Shown: one piece after another, positions 32,423 to 34,237 of the stretch
Layout: each line of letters begins with the position of its first letter
Numbering within the stretch: the stretch's first letter is position 1
Origin: a bacterium
GTDB lineage: Bacteria > Cyanobacteriota > Vampirovibrionia > Gastranaerophilales > Gastranaerophilaceae
Direction: 5' to 3'
Assembly: GCA_024408705.1 (NCBI GenBank)
Contig: JAKSUT010000001.1
Location: 1-34,237, forward strand
DNA: 34,237 nucleotides
The notes under the pieces: generated by a model
Told to the model about the DNA's origin: nothing
The model's database searches: none
Seen by the model: the letters and a program-made list of their open reading frames with translations, nothing else
Made by a program: the position numbers and the translations under genes

Positions 32423-34237
32423 TTATTTTGAACTGCAACCAAAAGCAATTGTTACTTGTTCTTTTGGATTTATTGCAGAAATTTTTTGTCCGCTTGGATC
32501 AACTAAATAAGCAACCTCGTCACCTGTTGTTTGGAATAAGCCCATAGTACCAGATAAAGCTGTTCTAGTGAAATCAACAGGAGCTTTTAAAGTAGCTTTT
32601 GCGGCATCTTGCAAACTTCTACCTGCTGCTTTAAATTGACCTTGGAAAGTTTCACCCATTGCAATACCTGTACCACTTGTTAAACTTTCAATAGCATTAC
32701 CAGTGTTAGAAATCATACCACCTGTAGTTCTACCGATAATACCTGCCATACTACCTAATGTTGTAAACGGCATAGTAATTAATCTTGAAACAGGATTTGG
32801 ACTTCTATGACAAGCAATTTGTGCGTTTAAAATTTGACGTGGTAATTGAGCCTTACAACCATCTTGGTTTTGTATTGTTGTAAATACCAATTTTAAAGCA
32901 CCTTTATTTTTGCCTGATGGACGAATAACTTGAAGAATTTTACCATTTACTCTTGAACCTGCCGGATACAATTTGCCATCAATTGTAACGTCTTCAAGTG
33001 TTGTAGTAGCAAATTGTTGTCCCACATGTGAAGACTTAGCAGAAATTTGGTCAAGGAATTTCAACTTCAAAGTCGGAATTTTTACAATTTCTTCAGTTTG
33101 AACATAAGCAGTCTTATTCAAATCTTTTTGAGCAACAGGAGCTGAATCATAACCACCTGCTACACGTACAGATTGAAGCATTGTAGCAACATCTGCTCTT
33201 GAAGCATTTTTATTAGGATTAATCATATTTGAATTAGGCATATCATTTAATACACCAACTTCTAAGGCCTTCGCAACAGGTATTTGTGCCCATTCAGGAA
33301 CATTATCACCATCACTGTATTTATTTAAAATTGATTTTGCTTTTGCTGAATCCATTTCGCAATTTATACCATGAGCCATAGCAGTTAAAACTTCTGCTCT
33401 TGTTACATGTGAATTTGGTTTAAATTTATCATGGGAATAACCACTCATAATACCATCATCAACGGCTTTTGCAATTACTGGATTAGCCCAATGATTTCTT
33501 GGAACATCTTTAAACATTGAAGTTCTATTTAAACCTGTATATTCTAAATTAAAACCACGAACAATCGCACTTGCAAATTCTGCACGTGAAATTGGAATTG
33601 ACGGTTTAAAAGTTCTATCAGGGTAACCTGCTAAAACATTTGTAACAGCAAGTCTATTTATATCACATTCTGCCCAATATCCAGAAGGAACATCAGGGAA
33701 AATATTACTCAATGGAGCAGCAGCACCTGTCATACCATAAGTATCAATTGGGTTAAAAGATTTTTTAATTGCTTCTAATGAATGTTGTGTTTCAATACTC
33801 ACATTATTACCATCTGAACAATTTGAGTTATTAATAACATCAACACCAGAAATGCTGCTTGAATTTAGCACTGGCAATTTTGAACAGCCACAAGTACTTG
33901 CAGCAGCACCTGTCATTTGTCCTTCTTCACCAACAGTTACGCCAGAAGTTGATGATAACATATTTGAATTGTCATCAATCGACCAAGCAGAATAAGTTGA
34001 ATAAATAGAATTTTTTTGTTCTCCTACATAATTATTCTCACCATAAACTGCATTCGGATAAGAATAAACTTGCTTCATATCTTCCGTTGAAGCAGATGCC
34101 CCAGAACAATTTGAAGAAGAATTAAGATTATTATCTGACAACGGACACTTTGAATTTTCAGGTGTAACAATCTCTCTGTATTTATTTGGGGTATTTTGTG
34201 ATAAATTTTGAGAACATGGGCAAGATGCAAAAGCGCC
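32423..34237 (-). CDS. SLH-domain cell-wall-anchored protein, 5'-truncated by the window edge
   Basis: Three tandem SLH modules (FPDVPSGYWA...SRAEFA; FKDVPRNHWANPVI...TRAEVL; GDNVPEWAQIPV...SRADVA). The frame stays open upstream of the track's TTG start all the way to base 34237 (...GAFASCPCSQNLSQ...), so the true start is outside the window. Confidence 0.85.
   Translation of the reverse strand, partial: GAFASCPCSQNLSQNTPNKYREIVTPENSKCPLSDNNLNSSSNCSGASASTEDMKQVYSYPNAVYGENNYVGEQKNSIYSTYSAWSIDDNSNMLSSTSGVTVGEEGQMTGAAASTCGCSKLPVLNSSSISGVDVINNSNCSDGNNVSIETQHSLEAIKKSFNPIDTYGMTGAAAPLSNIFPDVPSGYWAECDINRLAVTNVLAGYPDRTFKPSIPISRAEFASAIVRGFNLEYTGLNRTSMFKDVPRNHWANPVIAKAVDDGIMSGYSHDKFKPNSHVTRAEVLTAMAHGINCEMDSAKAKSILNKYSDGDNVPEWAQIPVAKALEVGVLNDMPNSNMINPNKNASRADVATMLQSVRVAGGYDSAPVAQKDLNKTAYVQTEEIVKIPTLKLKFLDQISAKSSHVGQQFATTTLEDVTIDGKLYPAGSRVNGKILQVIRPSGKNKGALKLVFTTIQNQDGCKAQLPRQILNAQIACHRSPNPVSRLITMPFTTLGSMAGIIGRTTGGMISNTGNAIESLTSGTGIAMGETFQGQFKAAGRSLQDAAKATLKAPVDFTRTALSGTMGLFQTTGDEVAYLVDPSGQKISAINPKEQVTIAFGCSSK

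Overview
AT-rich bacterial chromosomal segment (about one-third G+C by eye, not computed) with about 40 tightly packed protein genes and one tRNA. I saw no rRNA, CRISPR array, transposase, integrase or phage genes.

Recognisable content, in order:
- murQ (3' fragment), gpsA, PSP1/RicT
- an rsmH-ftsL remnant of the dcw cluster
- a CNNM/CorC transporter, an RqcP-like S4 protein, trpS, an alpha/beta hydrolase, a PilZ protein
- a TaqI/Eco57I-class N6-adenine DNA methyltransferase abutting tRNA-Arg(CCG)
- a U32-family enzyme, coaX, a GH77 4-alpha-glucanotransferase, a CHASE2 class III nucleotide cyclase
- eda-kdgK-csaB, metF, several TPR proteins
- a four-gene flagellar rod operon (flgF-like, flgG-like, flgB, flgC)
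- mnmE, a MATE exporter, and a 5'-truncated SLH-domain wall-anchored protein

SLH plus CsaB plus flagella plus low GC points to an SLH-bearing, probably diderm, low-GC lineage. Melainabacteria/Vampirovibrionia-like is my guess and cannot be verified here.

The least explained DNA is 9.0-15.4 kb and 17.5-17.8 kb. It holds:
- an AT-rich islet around the tRNA (solitary methyltransferase, a strongly signalled 62-codon ORF, a HEAT-like protein)
- a cluster of small, secreted or tail-anchored proteins of unknown function
- two small proteins that look like paralogues (shared GGAxN...KKK...SGSIF pattern) flanking the U32-coaX pair

I cannot name a defined novel system. These loci, the atypical SLH protein and the non-canonical rod operon are the best candidates.

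Three window-wide oddities:
- No accepted CDS ends in TGA (30 TAA, 10 TAG).
- Seven convergent gene pairs share or abut stop codons with no terminator between them.
- The tRNA has an A19:U56 elbow instead of G19:C56.
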